From: Nymphaea colorata
Taxonomy: Eukaryota
Length of the DNA stretch: 64,000 nt
NCBI RefSeq assembly: GCF_008831285.2
Contig: NC_045138.2
Span: forward strand, 13,268,001-13,332,000
Direction: 5' to 3'
This document shows, piece by piece, positions 24,092 to 36,321 of this stretch (position 1 is its first letter; each line of letters begins with the position of its first letter). The notes under the pieces were generated by a model. It saw nothing but the letters and a program-made list of their open reading frames with translations. It made no database searches and was not told where the DNA came from. A program made the position numbers and the translations under genes.

Positions 24092-26726
24092 GCATGTCCT
24101 TCCCCGATGCCTGGAAGATTGCTTTGTGGACCATAGATGCAAGGGGTTCCATTTTTGAAGTGATACCATGTAGTAATTCTAGCTTACCGGTCTATGATAT
24201 TCGGTGGAGTGCCTGTTTTATCCTACCTCCCCTTCACTCGACTGTTGTTGCTTGATGCAGTTTGCGTGTTTCTGAACATGAACCCTGTTGTCTGCACACC
24301 TGTTCCTTCGTGGTCTTTCCAAGAGTGTGTGGTTCACGTCCTTTCAGGAACCCTAATGGGTTCCATTGTCTTCTGGAAAACGCGTCTTCCAGTGATCGCT
24401 CCGTTTTTTACAACCCAATAACCGAGTAATAGGCTACCTCGGCGCCTTCCAGTAGCGATCATGTCCGCGTAAATTTGCGGTGGCCAGGTTCCATGTGTTG
24501 ATTGCCTTAACATGACCATGCATCGATTGCAGTTTGTTGCTGCAGAACTCAGTATAAATTCCTTTTAGTTGCCCGTCCTATTGGTAGAGGCAAGTGTGAC
24601 AATTCTTCATATCTGTTTTCCTTTCACAATTTTATTCTTACCATCTTCTTGAGATGTCAGGTTCAGGTTTGCCTTTTTGGATAGGCAAGTTGATGCAGAG
24701 CGAAAGCAGATTTGCGTCAATTGGTTTTACTAGTTTACGGGCATCGAAGTTGCACCGTTGATGGAAGAACAGGCGCAGCCGCCCAGCAAACCTTGGCGAA
24801 ACATGAATCTGTCGTCGCCACATCAAGCAAAAACAACCAGGAAGCTAGATTTCATCACAGAGACCTCGACGAGTTCAAGGAAATGTTTTATTCAGTTCTG
24901 CAGAATACACAAAGCTTTCATGGACTTACTGCTGTGAACGACCGTCCAACCATTTTTGCATCAGACACTGAAATGGGAAGAGGCGAGTGTCATCCTGGTT
25001 ACCTTGGTAGAGGCAATGAACGCATGAGAGGATCTTGGAGCCGTGGAGTCGATGTCGCGCCGGAAAGAGCCCCTTCGGGATCCCATTGATGCCGTGGACG
25101 GGAAAAGGGGCAGGCACCTTCATCCACTCCTGAACCGGTTCCTCTGACCGGTGGGGTAGCCAGCGTCAGCGAGACTGATGTTCCACCGACGGGTTGGGAG
25201 CAGAGATGGTCTGCCTCGACCGTGGGTGTTCAACCCATCGGTGTGCAAGCGAAGCCTTTGATGGTGGCGTCGCCCGAACGAGTTTTGGGTAGCCGATCTC
25301 TTCAACCCAGCCCCACGATTTGCTGACGGCATCCGATTGCAGGAACGGTGGAAGTCGACCATCATCGAGGCCGCCCTGCCGTCGACTAATAGAGGACCCA
25401 AAATTAGTGGAGCGATCGTTCGGAGAAAAGGCAGTACGCCTTCCGGTTGGGGGGTAGAAGCCACAGGGGATGCGACAGGACCATGTTCCATGGGTGGGTG
25501 TACCACTTGTTGGTGGGCAGGGCGCCGTTATCGTCGAGGGAGCCGGAATCTCCCAGATTCCGTCGCTGACCAGAAAGAAAAGGCAGTTGGAAAACTGTCC
25601 TCTTAAGCTGGGTACCAAGCCGCTAGTTGGTCCACTGTTTTCTTTTTCTGCAGCCAAACAAGCTTTCCCTGTGGTTTGCTTGCTGAAATAAACAAATCAT
25701 TAACAGACTTTTACTCGATGAATGGATAATACCTATTTCACCTACATTTGCAGTCGCTTGTCCTTTGAATTGCATATCATATCAAGCGTCGATGAATTGT
25801 GTCAGACCATTTACTGAGCGAGACCTTGTTCAGGTTTCCGATTCAGATTAAATATAAAAGCGGAACTGCTTTGAAAAAATTGTGCTTGGCGCCTTCATGG
25901 AGACGTGGTGATTTTGTTCTCCAAGACAAGATAGAACGTGCCTAGGCCTCTATCCTTTCGCTTCGCAATCAAATGAAAAAACGTCAGCAAATGTGGCCTG
26001 ACAATCGATGGACGTATCCAAAGATTGCCGGCAAGACTTACCTACACACTTGACAACACCAGCGGAGGAAATCATCCAGGGCGTCTAAATTCCATCAATC
26101 TTAAACCAGTACCAAGAAAATATTCGTTATTGCAGGTTTATGACAAATTTTACTAAAAAAGACGACAGATCGAGACAGTTCTTATGTACATAAATTGTGA
26201 CCGTTAAAAATACGTAGATCAAAATCCACGTTAACTACGCAAAAAGGGCGCGCGGGTGACTAAACCACCATACAACACGAGCATCTCAGCTTCCCAACTA
26301 AAAGAAAACCAATATAAACGAAGAGAAACAACAAACTACCATGGTGAGGCGGAGGCGATGATACTCGGTCAAGACCTCGTTCAAATGCATTGCGGTCCAG
26401 CGAGAGTTGCGAAAACTCTTGATCTTATAATATTCGTCTGTTCCGGGCATACGAAACCACAACATAAGAATAAAACTATCAATAAGAAAAAACGCCAATA
26501 TGCAATCCAACAGAATCACTTGAACCACTAGAACGACATGGATGTCCAAAGGCTTCCTAGATTAATATCAAACTAAGGACCTAAAACCATTAAATCCACC
26601 ACCTTGAACCTGAAAATCAAGTTTCTAATCCTTTGAAACCTTATCCCTCCTTTTCAGTATACCCAACCAACCGCCTACAAAACTTTGGAGAAACACCTCC
26701 CTTCCGCTCTTATGTAAACACCTGTA

Positions 26727-29700
26727 TCACTTCGTTGTTGCGCTGTGCTTAGCTTTGGTATGGCTTTCCAGCCCCTGCTCCGAGCCAAATGTCCTGAACC
26801 ACGCAGGGAGGAAAATAAGAAATCGATACAAATTCAAAAGAACAAATGGGAAAGGGGACCAATCGGAATTAAACTAGATAACGGTGAAGTGAAAAAAACA
26901 AATATTATAACGGTGGAATAGAGAATACATACTTGCTGCAGCTCTTGCAAATCACTTGTCCGGATTTCTTAGCCTGGGCATTTGGGGTCTGCTGCTTTGC
27001 CTTATCACCGCCAGGTGTCTTTCCAGCAGTTTTGGACGGATAGGGCGTAGCGACATGTCCACCACCCTTCTTGCCTTCTGTGGCACCTGTACATTATTGT
27101 CAAGCAAACTCATTAGCAATTCAACTAAGCACAGGACGTATATTGCCTACATCAGGGTCTTTAGAAGAAAAATTTTGCACAAAAGCAATGTGCAACTGCA
27201 AGCTAGCAACTAAATAATGTATTATAACATCTTCTGGCATACTCTAATAGGCTCCAATGCTTATCTAGCTTCGAGGTACACATGCCATCTCCAGGCTTAC
27301 TCCAATAGGCTCCAATGATTAACTACGACCGGGTATTCCAATCCAGCAAACCAAGTGTTGGGAATTTTTCTCAGTTCAGAGACTCGCTTGCCAAACTGAG
27401 TTGGAGAAAGAGAAATACGCGCTTTTCATATCCTTATATCCGATCTCAAAGGATGTGTAGATGCTCGAAGAACCATCCCGATGGAACCCCCTTTTTTTTA
27501 ATTCGCATGAAAAAAAAGGTTACCTGTCTTCCCACCGTCTGGAGTCACAAGCTTTGCTTTCTTCTCTGGTCCAGGAGTCTTCGTAGCAGATTCTTGGGGT
27601 CTTTTCTTGCCTTTACCAGCCTTCAGATTGGACAATAATAACAAATACGTAAACACGCACAAGTAGAACACTAAAGAGGAAGAAGGAACCTCTAAAATTC
27701 AGACTTCAGAATCCACCTTCTCAGGTGTTTCTTCGTCAGCAGAACTGTCTTCATCCTCATCGTCCTCGTCTTCATCGCTCTCATCACCACTTTGCATCTC
27801 CTTCAAAGATAAAATAGAAACGATTTAAGCGTCCAAAATGCATCAACATAACCATGAAGGCATAACATAGCACAATTAGCTTATCCATATCCAACTAATA
27901 ATGTTTGACGGAGATCAGGTCACGTACAACAACAATTCTCAAATTAGTATTCATTTATGATTATTGTTATCTACTTTGAATTTCACCATTCAGGAGCTGC
28001 AAGAGCAAAGCAGAGGCAAACATTCATTTAATGCAACTTTTTTGTCACCGCTTTAGAAAAGAGCCGGCAGCATTGTGTTTGTCAGCAAAAATAGAACAAA
28101 TAACAGAACTTTACCAAATGCCTATGCAGAACAGCCTAGAAAGGCACTCACGAACACATACATACTGTTTAACTGTTTTTAAAACATCAGAACATTTTGT
28201 CAATAGCATAAGATGACCATAGAAACCCATGATAAAGATATTAGTGCATAGGTGTAACAAAGAGAGGAAATATATGCTTCAACACAAACCCAACAAGTCG
28301 GAAATTGAAAACGTTGTCGAAAATGAAATCATTTCAATGTCCTACCTCATCCCCGTCCTCTTCATCACTTTCATCCTCATCATCATCTGCATCCTCATCG
28401 CTCTCATCAGAATCTGGCAGATCTGGTTTACCCTTGGGCTTGGCAGTGAGAGGTTTAGGCTGCACAGGTTTGGGTTTGGCCTCTCCTGGAAAGGACAGGG
28501 AAAATACAAATCTGGAATCAGAAAGAGGAGAGAAGCGACCTAGAATATCAACATACTCAGTAAATCTAGGACAGATGGTTGGATACCATTTTGATTTCTC
28601 AAAAGCGGGATGAGATCTTCTGGACCAGAATCTGCAAATCACAAATTTATACAAACAAGGGAACTAACCAGTTAAGTGAAACGCAAGAGCAAGAAAACCC
28701 ATAAACGAGATAACTGAAACTACTTAAATTGTCATGCAAATTCTCGAGGCAAAAGATAGATTTGTCCTGCATATAGCAGGAGTAATTCAAAAAACCAATA
28801 GATTTTCCAAATGAATCAACAGGCCAGCTAAAATAGTACCTGAATCATCATCTTCTTCATCCTCTGGAATAGACTTATAGCCACAGAAATAAACGCTCCC
28901 ATTCTTCCAACCATGGGATAGTTCAAATTCTTTCTCAAATATTAGGTCAAGAGATACTTGGGTACACTTTTCAGTAGACAACGTTCCTATGGCAAGCTTC
29001 TTATCGTCAACCTTCACATAGATCGGTACATTTTCACTTGGTTTGTCCTTTTTAATCTCCCCAAGAGCCACCTGCATTACAGCACGTACTTAATTATTGG
29101 CAATATATGGGACCATACCCTTATTGAACTCTTAGCCTCATGCATTAAACAAGGACACCAGTAGGAATAAACATTAAATGCTTGATCATACCTGGGATAG
29201 ATGCACGTAGGTATGCTCTCCGGGGTCACATTTTAGTGGCTCACCAGATTTGACCTCAACACCTATAAGAAAAGTGTCATGACTTGAACAAAGAATGATA
29301 ATGTCAACCAAAATCACATGAAAGAGTGCAGAAAAGATAACTTTTTTTTTACAAGCAACTGCATTGTTAAAAACGCCTTCAGAACAGATGAATAACCACA
29401 GCTACAGAAAACGAAGTGCTTAGACAGTAGTTGAACCAGATGAGGGCCTGAATCAAACTTTAATGAAACTATGTCGCATACAGTGCCAATGAAATAAACG
29501 CGCAGGATAGGCAAGTTCTCATATTGCAGGGTGCCTCGAAAATGAACACAAAAGGCCACATCCTTCGCGGGGCATAAGCTCTACTTGTAATTAATTAACA
29601 AGAAAAAAAACAAGCACGGAATAGAAGAGAGAATTATTTATGAATGGCACGCTTCTCCAGCACTGCTAAACATGAATCCTCCTTCCACAGAAGAATTTTT

Positions 29701-30521
29701 CAGGATCCCAATATAACAATTGGATAACTCTTCCACAAATCAACTGATAGACAGAAAAGAGAACCAAAATTGGCATATAGAGCATTTGCAGACAAGGAAA
29801 AAAAAAAATCGGAGCTCATATACAGCTTGTTCGTCGTTCATAACATGGCCCCAGAAATTTTACGGCAGTCATAATGGTTGAAGAATCATTTGGGACGAGA
29901 AGAAAGTTTAAAACCACGTATGTAAAGAATTGATAAATATCCTATTCGCACATAATATCAACAAGGGGAAATAAATTTCCGGAAAATAAAAGGACAACCC
30001 TTGGTAGATTTACCAAAGAAGCAACAGATATGGTAGAATAAAGGAAGTTTCCAGAGTCTAATATTAACATGATAGACATAACCTATGCTGTCATAACCTA
30101 TTAATAGAATAGTGGCATTCCAAATGCGGGACATCCTCTTATCATAATGGATGAACAAGTGTTCATAGGTAGGTACAGAACACAAAGGAAACAAAGAGCC
30201 GGCCCATAAAGCCTTCTGCCCCCGGTATACTCTGGAGTGCAGATAGGATAAAAACATTCAGGCTGTGTAAATCGCATAAACGACATGCATTTTGTATGAG
30301 AAGATAAATAGGAGACAAATAACCGTCAATCTTAGGCAAAGGATCAAAAGTAAATAAAAGTGCATCGATCGCGTACACTCGCAAAGGGAAGACGCGGACG
30401 AAGAAGAGCCCTAAAGGCGGGCCTAGAAATCTAGCAGGAGAGAAAATCAACGACTAAAAGAAAAGAATAGTCAAGCATAGCGAAAAATCAGAAAGAAGAA
30501 ATGATTACCCCAGAATTCCAT
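26727..30521 (-). CDS. HDT: HD2-type (HD-tuin) histone deacetylase / nucleoplasmin-like protein with acidic tract and C-terminal C2H2 finger, 300 aa, 9 coding exons
   Basis: Exons 30521-30509, 29262-29192, 29071-28840, 28631-28587, 28485-28346, 27800-27717, 27620-27524, 27086-26933 and 26793-26727 are all GT-AG and in frame (903 nt). Motifs MEFWGVEVK, HLSQVALG, DLIFEKEFELSHGWKNGSVYFCGYK, D/E tracts, GHVATPYP and CKSCSKTFGSEQGLESHTKAKH. Confidence 0.96.
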
Positions 30522-30601
30522 TTCCATAGAGCGTGAAGGGGGAGAGCGGCAAGAATGGGAAAGAAAGTGAGGCGCGGAGAGTCTGAGGAGAGAAGGGCTG
30601 C

Positions 30602-30615
30602 TAGGGTTTAGGGTT
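30602..30615 (-). promoter_or_regulatory. Tandem telo-box (AAACCCTA) in the HDT 5' leader / proximal promoter
   Basis: Plus-strand tagggtttagggtt reads AACCCTAAACCCTA on the gene strand, about 80 nt before the ATG and just downstream of a TATA-like TATATAA (~30678-30684). Telo-boxes are typical of plant ribosome-biogenesis genes. Confidence 0.7.
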
Positions 30616-33178
30616 CCACGCGAGTGACAAAACCCTTCCACTCGGTTGGTTCCGTGCCCTTCCGGGGAGAAGCGGGATTATATAGCGACTAGCCACCGGC
30701 GTGCGCCCTAATCGAGTGCCGAAATTACAGAAGTAGCCACTTCAGTGTAGGAGAGAGTGGAGGAAGCTCGATGAGGATAACTTAGTCACTTCCCTCCTCC
30801 AAGTGAAAATCGGATCCCCGATGTAAATCAGAACCAGAACCGGCGCCGCTCCTTCCGGATTCAAATTCGTGAAGAGAATAAAATCCGAAAACGGAGCAGC
30901 GTCGTCACAAACGCCTTCTTAGTTTTGTGATTCAGATACCAAACCTGATTGAAACGCAAATTTCTCGTTCCCTTTGTATCACGCGCGACTTAAAAGGAAC
31001 TAAATCCGGATTCGGGTTCAGGCCTGAAGAAAGTCCAAGGCGACAAAGATCCGTTTGAAGATCTGTGAGCATGCTTTTTAAATCTGCCGCTTCGGCCTTG
31101 TTGAGAGAAATATTCAGTTTCCTTCCGTCTCAAACTCGAGACAGAAGAGGCTTATATGAAAAATGGTTGGTGCTCTATTATTATTAGCAGCACTCCATTT
31201 TTATCTAGTGCCCCCTACCTATTGGCTGTTGCTTTCACGTCATGGAAAACAACTTGGACAACCCCCTGTGTTGAAGATATCTTGATCTTTCATGGGGTTT
31301 AGTAGGGACAAGAAGGCTATGAGTTTATTATTATTTATTCAGGTTGGGGGTAGCTGCTGCTTAAATCAAACGATCACATATTGCTTAAGCTTGCTCAGAC
31401 AAGGTATAAGATTCAGGCAAAATGTGAAACTGATTCAAGCTTTCACGGACCCATCTAACTCTCCCATCTGTGGGACTCGGTGTGAGAATCTCTAGCTCGA
31501 ATTCGGCCGACACCGGATTCAGGATTACCGGCATGGGCGGGTCAGACTCAGGCACCCAATGAATGGGGGACCTATTGCTAAATCCGCATTAGCAACATCT
31601 ATAATCCGCTTACTAAACGCAACTGGCGACGCGGGATGAACCGGAAGCCAGTCAGTAGTTTAGTTACGCAGCGCTTATTTCTAAAGTTCAAATTGAAACC
31701 GATCGCGGGAATTTGTTCAACCCTACATTCGTCCGCTCCTGACATGCAATAACAAAAATACATAATAAAAAGACTTGAACGGTTGCAGTTGCGTCCATCG
31801 ATAGAATGCAACGGTCATCTAAAAGTTCAGTTCAGGGAGCCAGGCTTTCCCCTTGAATAAACAGGTTCAGCTGATTAACTCACCTTTCGAGAGTTACGGC
31901 AGCCACTCTTCTCGGACAGCTGTGGCTCCAGTTCTTGCCGTTTCCCACTCAAATTTGATGGCGATGGCAATGGACATGGCGTGAAGACTTAATACTTGGA
32001 TGGGAGCTATATATATATATATATATGTGTGTGTGCAGTGTGTGTGAGCTTTTACATATATACCTAACGTTATTTGTGTCTTTTTCCTAAGCTTTGATTG
32101 ATTCCGTAATAGTTTTTTTAAAAACAACAAGAAACGGCCATATGATCTTCGTCTTCATTGTTTTATGCATACGAAATAAATCGAGAGCAATGGTTTTCTT
32201 CAACAAAATGGACTCACATATAACAATTTGATCGTCACAACAACAGAAACTGACAAGGGGGATATAAAATATGGACAGCAAGCTGGCTACCCAACAGTCT
32301 TTAGTAATTTGATTTCAAAAAACAAAGAAGCAATTAAAGAATGAACCAAGGAAGATGTTTTAGCTCTTTGGATTGCCCAGCTGGTTCCTTTTTGCAACAT
32401 TAAAGATAGAAATGTGATTTATGAAAAGGTTTCAATATAAAGCGTTCATTGGCTCTTTCTTTTGTGTACTCCCTTGAAATTAAAGACGACAGAAAATGAG
32501 TCGTCAACTTTAACGTAAACATGAGGAGTCCGAATACAAGATTTTGAATGCGAGCCAAAAACAAATACATATACACCGGGGGTAGGTTGACTAAGTCTCC
32601 CTCCGTGAAAATTAAAGCAAGAAAAAATATGTTTTGAACTGGAGATCCGAGTTCCCATAATTAGATACAAAAACAAATAAATATCCAAAATCCGAGCGTG
32701 GTTAAATCGGTGGACTGGAGCTGCAAACAAGGCCTGGTGGCAGACGGGCGATAATGACTGGACGAGCGATAGCGCGAGCGGACAGAAAGGGGGGACTTAG
32801 GCAAGTTGACCAAGTGGTGGCCTGGCCTCGCCAGCGTTGTCATCTATGATAAACGGTCACAAAATACTAATAAAAGCTATTGCAATGCAGACGCCCCAGA
32901 AGATATTTACTTGCGTGACGACAGGATGACCACAGGGACAAGGTTAATCTCAAGTCCATGCTTGCATGCCTTTGTTTGTTTGCCTGTGGGCGTGCAGTAG
33001 TATAGTTGCCCCCACCAGCAACAAATTTTTTTTTTTTTTTTTGTTTGTTTTCATATAAATGTCTTACAATTATTTCTTATTTATATATATTGTGCCCATT
33101 AAAAAAATGAAATGTTCTACAACAGTGACCCTTAGCAAAAAAAATTTTTCGCTCCACCACTGTGTGTGCGTGTATGAA

Positions 33179-33201
33179 AGAGAGAGAGAGAGAGAGAGAG
33201 A
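33179..33201. repeat. (AG)n microsatellite
   Basis: Uninterrupted AG run. Confidence 0.9.
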
Positions 33202-34532
33202 CTTCAACCTACATTTTATAAGAATTCAGATGTCAGCAGTCTGGATGTTTCTAAACTTATAAGTTATGACATGCATCAGACCATGGAAACCGGTGATAGG
33301 TTTTCTAAAAGAAATAAAATGGAAAGAAAAAAAAAGGGGGGGGGGGGGCGATTTGGAAAAGGGGAGCACGGCCACATCAAAGAAAACTTGATTTTTGTAT
33401 TCGGTAGGTTGTCAAGTTTTCCAGACATTGAATCCGACCGTAGTAGTAATTTCCAGGACGGAACATGAACCCGCTGCATCCACTTGGACATCACAACGGT
33501 GCGTCTACGCCAGCGCGCGCAGGCGAGAGGGAAAGCGGAGGGCGTCTCTGTTCTTTCCTTTGTTGTCCCTGTTCTTTTCCAAAAGCATGAATTTAGGAAG
33601 GGATTTGATTCTGCGCCCTTCGTATTTTCAACCGGAAAGGAAAGGGGGAGAAGGTGAGTAGGGAGGTGGGATTCATCCAAGGCAATCAGGCAGCAGTCAG
33701 TCACCACCTCCTCCACCTTCAGACAAGACAAACCAACTCTAACCCCGCCCCTTATCTCTCCCGCTGCGGCTTCTCTGTGGGCCCAACCGTCGGTCGGATG
33801 CATCCCCCTTCCCTTCCCTTCGGACATGGACCCCACCACAATTCATTATTGGAGTCATCAACCTTTATGTTTAACCCTTTTTTTTCCTTTTGTTGCGACT
33901 CCAAATCTAGGTTGCATTGGTGCTAAATGATTTATTTTTTCATAAACAGTACATAGGCAGTATAACAAAAATGGACTCGAGAAACGTTAGCATAACATCC
34001 ACTTCACTTCCCCATTTCCATCCCTTATACTAGATGTGGCCTACAATCCAGTTTCCCCTTCCTTCCCTCTCATGTATCCATTTGGATTATAGATGCACCA
34101 AATGGATGAAACGAATAATCGGGCAGGTTTTGCCTTCGCAATGGAAAAGGTAACTGAAGTCAAGTTCATAACTTCGACACGGACAATTTCTGGAGACCAT
34201 AAGGACACTGGACCGAGTTTAAGTCAGCTCAACTTTGGTGGAGACGAGTCCCATCCCAGGTCGGGCATCAACATAATAAAATCATTAAAATATTCATTAT
34301 TCACTTTCAAATGACAATAACCATATAATAACAACACCTTCAGACCCTTGTCGTGCGCGAGGTTCCGTTTTCATCCGATGAATGGAGATGATCCTTCCGT
34401 CTCCAATCAATGATTCTGAAGCATCGTGTAAATTATTTGCAAACCGCAGACGCAGGGGGAAACGGCACCTTCTGATCGCTTTACATTCCGTAGGGGTAAC
34501 AACATAAAAATGAAAAGAAGAAGCCGATAAAT

Positions 34533-35473
34533 TCACCGCAGGAAATCCATCAACTTGAGGAACCATGGAGAGGTCATGGTGCCCGCCTTCTCCGCCTCGT
34601 CGCTACACGTCGTGGCGGTCGCCGTCAGCGGCTTCGGGCACAAGAAGAAGTTCCGGGATCCCAGACCGATCAGCTTCTCCTCAGGGTTCAATCCTGTGCA
34701 CACAAGGAGAGAAGAAGAAGGATTAGCGAGCCCGTCACCGTCACAGCCCACAGCTTTCCAGTAGCATGCCATCCCATCTACCAGCAGGCGTGCGGGCAGA
34801 CGGACCGATGAACGACCGTGGAGTTCTGCTTACATGACGAAGAAACCCTTTAATATAGGGAAGGGCTTCATAGACACCTAAAGAGGTGTCCACGTCATTC
34901 ATTTGCAAGAAAAGGAGCGATTTCACGGTAGGTGGAAGGAACAGGCCACCCTCTGGCCTCTGCCCCCTCCCGTCGCCGCCACAAGCGAGAGAGTGGGCGA
35001 CCGCTAACTTGAAGAAGAAATCCCGGAATACCCTCGGGAAGTAAAACAGGAGATTATGGGAGAAAAAGGAAGGAGGGAAGGGAAGGCTTACTCTCGAGGC
35101 TGAACTGCGAATAATGGAGGTCAAACGCTGCCGCATCCGTCGAGGACAGGATCGGCCTCCTTCCTTCCTTGGCGTACTGCCTAAGCGTGGCAGCGATCAG
35201 GTCCTGCACGGTGGAATCCATCGAGATGATGATATGGATTGGGCCCAAGCTGCGCTGAACGGTGACGTTGAGCAGGAGTTTCGTGGGGCGAGGAGGACAC
35301 TGGAACTCTTCTGCCGGTCGGCTCTCCGGTCGGCCGGAGCCAAACAGCTCCGGTTGGGTCTTTGGGCGGCGGAGAACGGCAGAGGGTTCCCGGGCGTCGG
35401 AGGGAATGCGGCCGTGGAAGGAAGCCGCCCTCTTCCCCTTGTCGTCGCGTCGGGAAGGCCTGGGAGACGGCAT
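34533..35473 (-). CDS. DUF7054 / At4g22758-family uncharacterized protein, 180 aa, 2 exons
   Basis: Exons 35473-35092 and 34693-34533 are GT-AG and in frame (543 nt). Recalled family motifs RAASFHGR, LRRPKTQPELF, KLLLNVTVQRSLGPI, YAKEGRRP, FDLHYSQFSLE, LGSRNFFLCPK and LKLMDFL. Confidence 0.92.
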
Positions 35474-35625
35474 CTCTGGTTCTTACTCCACGTCGCTCGA
35501 TTGCCCTTGCTTTCTGCCTTATCTTCTCAATCGATATCCCTCTCCCTTGATCTTTATATTCTTCGTCTTATTGTTGAATTCTTGTTCTTCCTTCCAGTTG
35601 GTGATGACTAGAGGGTGAGGGATGT

Positions 35626-35724
35626 TTACCTCAGGCGGCGGTACCGGAAGAATCTCGGGCGGGGGAAGCCGAGAGGAGGAGAGGGGCGGAGGCCCAGAGG
35701 GACGCCGAGAATCGGGGGTAGCAT
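35626..35724 (-). promoter_or_regulatory. Upstream ORF (32 aa) in the 5' leader of the DUF7054 gene
   Basis: ATG 35724 to TAA 35626 encodes MLPPILGVPLGLRPSPPLGFPRPRFFRYRRLR and ends 152 nt before the main ATG. The frame stays open upstream to at least 35976. Confidence 0.55.
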
Positions 35725-36188
35725 AACCAGAGGGGGGAGGGCGCACAGCTCTCGCGGGGGATGCTTTGAGAGATGGTTTGGGGAAGGATGGGATTTTATG
35801 CGATGCGCCGGGCACGGAACCCCCTCCCCACCCTCCTTGCCTGCAGGCCAAGGAAGGAAACGGCGCGGAAGGTTTTCTTTCCCTTTTCCTCGTTTGTCTT
35901 GTTTCTTCCTCCTCTCTTTGACTCGGCGAGAGGGAGGTGCATCTGGGATGGTGGTTGTGGTGGGCCCCGCTCCCACTCTCGCTGCCGATTCTCTCTCCCT
36001 TGCGTTGTGGGTTTGGGATTTGGATAGCGCAAAGGCTGCGCTCCTGCTTGTTTCTACTGAGATATGATATGATATGATATATCTATCTCATTGTGGTAAA
36101 ACTTGAAGAAGGGTGAGTGGTCGGCAAGCAAGGTCCTTCCTTTTCCTTCTTACCTGCCTTTGCCTGTGGTGGTGGGTTCCAAATTTAG

Positions 36189-36321
36189 GGGAACCAGTCA
36201 AACGCTTGAGCATCGCCCACCCTTCTTCACAGGGAACCAGTCAAACGCTTGAGCATCGCCCACCCTTCTTCACAGGGAACCAGTCAAACGCTTGAGCATC
36301 GCCCACCCTTCTTCACAGGGA
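36189..36321. repeat. Perfect 43-bp tandem repeat x3 upstream of the DUF7054 gene
   Basis: gggaaccagtcaaacgcttgagcatcgcccacccttcttcaca starts at 36189, 36232 and 36275, with no spacers. Confidence 0.97.

Noticed and set aside
29469..29570. Possible intronic H/ACA snoRNA in HDT intron 1 (ATATGA box, ACA+3 nt, two hairpins on the minus strand)
   Set aside because: It is only about 100 nt, and the pocket-to-box distances are 8-9 nt rather than 14-16. It is not supportable without a covariance search.
7019..30521. Functional cluster of RNA-processing/nucleolar genes (DEAD-like, tRNA, U2AF35, HDT)
   Set aside because: These are common housekeeping classes, one member is dead, and no shared regulatory element is visible. 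Proximity alone does not show a system.
33276..33839. 187-aa minus-strand ORF downstream of the DUF7054 gene
   Set aside because: It runs through homopolymer and low-complexity tracts with no recognisable domain.
35114..36067. Plus-strand ORFs overlapping the DUF7054 gene and its leader
   Set aside because: Antisense shadows of GC-rich sequence.
36189..36321. CRISPR-like array
   Set aside because: The units are contiguous with no spacers, there are no cas genes, and the context is eukaryotic. It is a plain tandem repeat.
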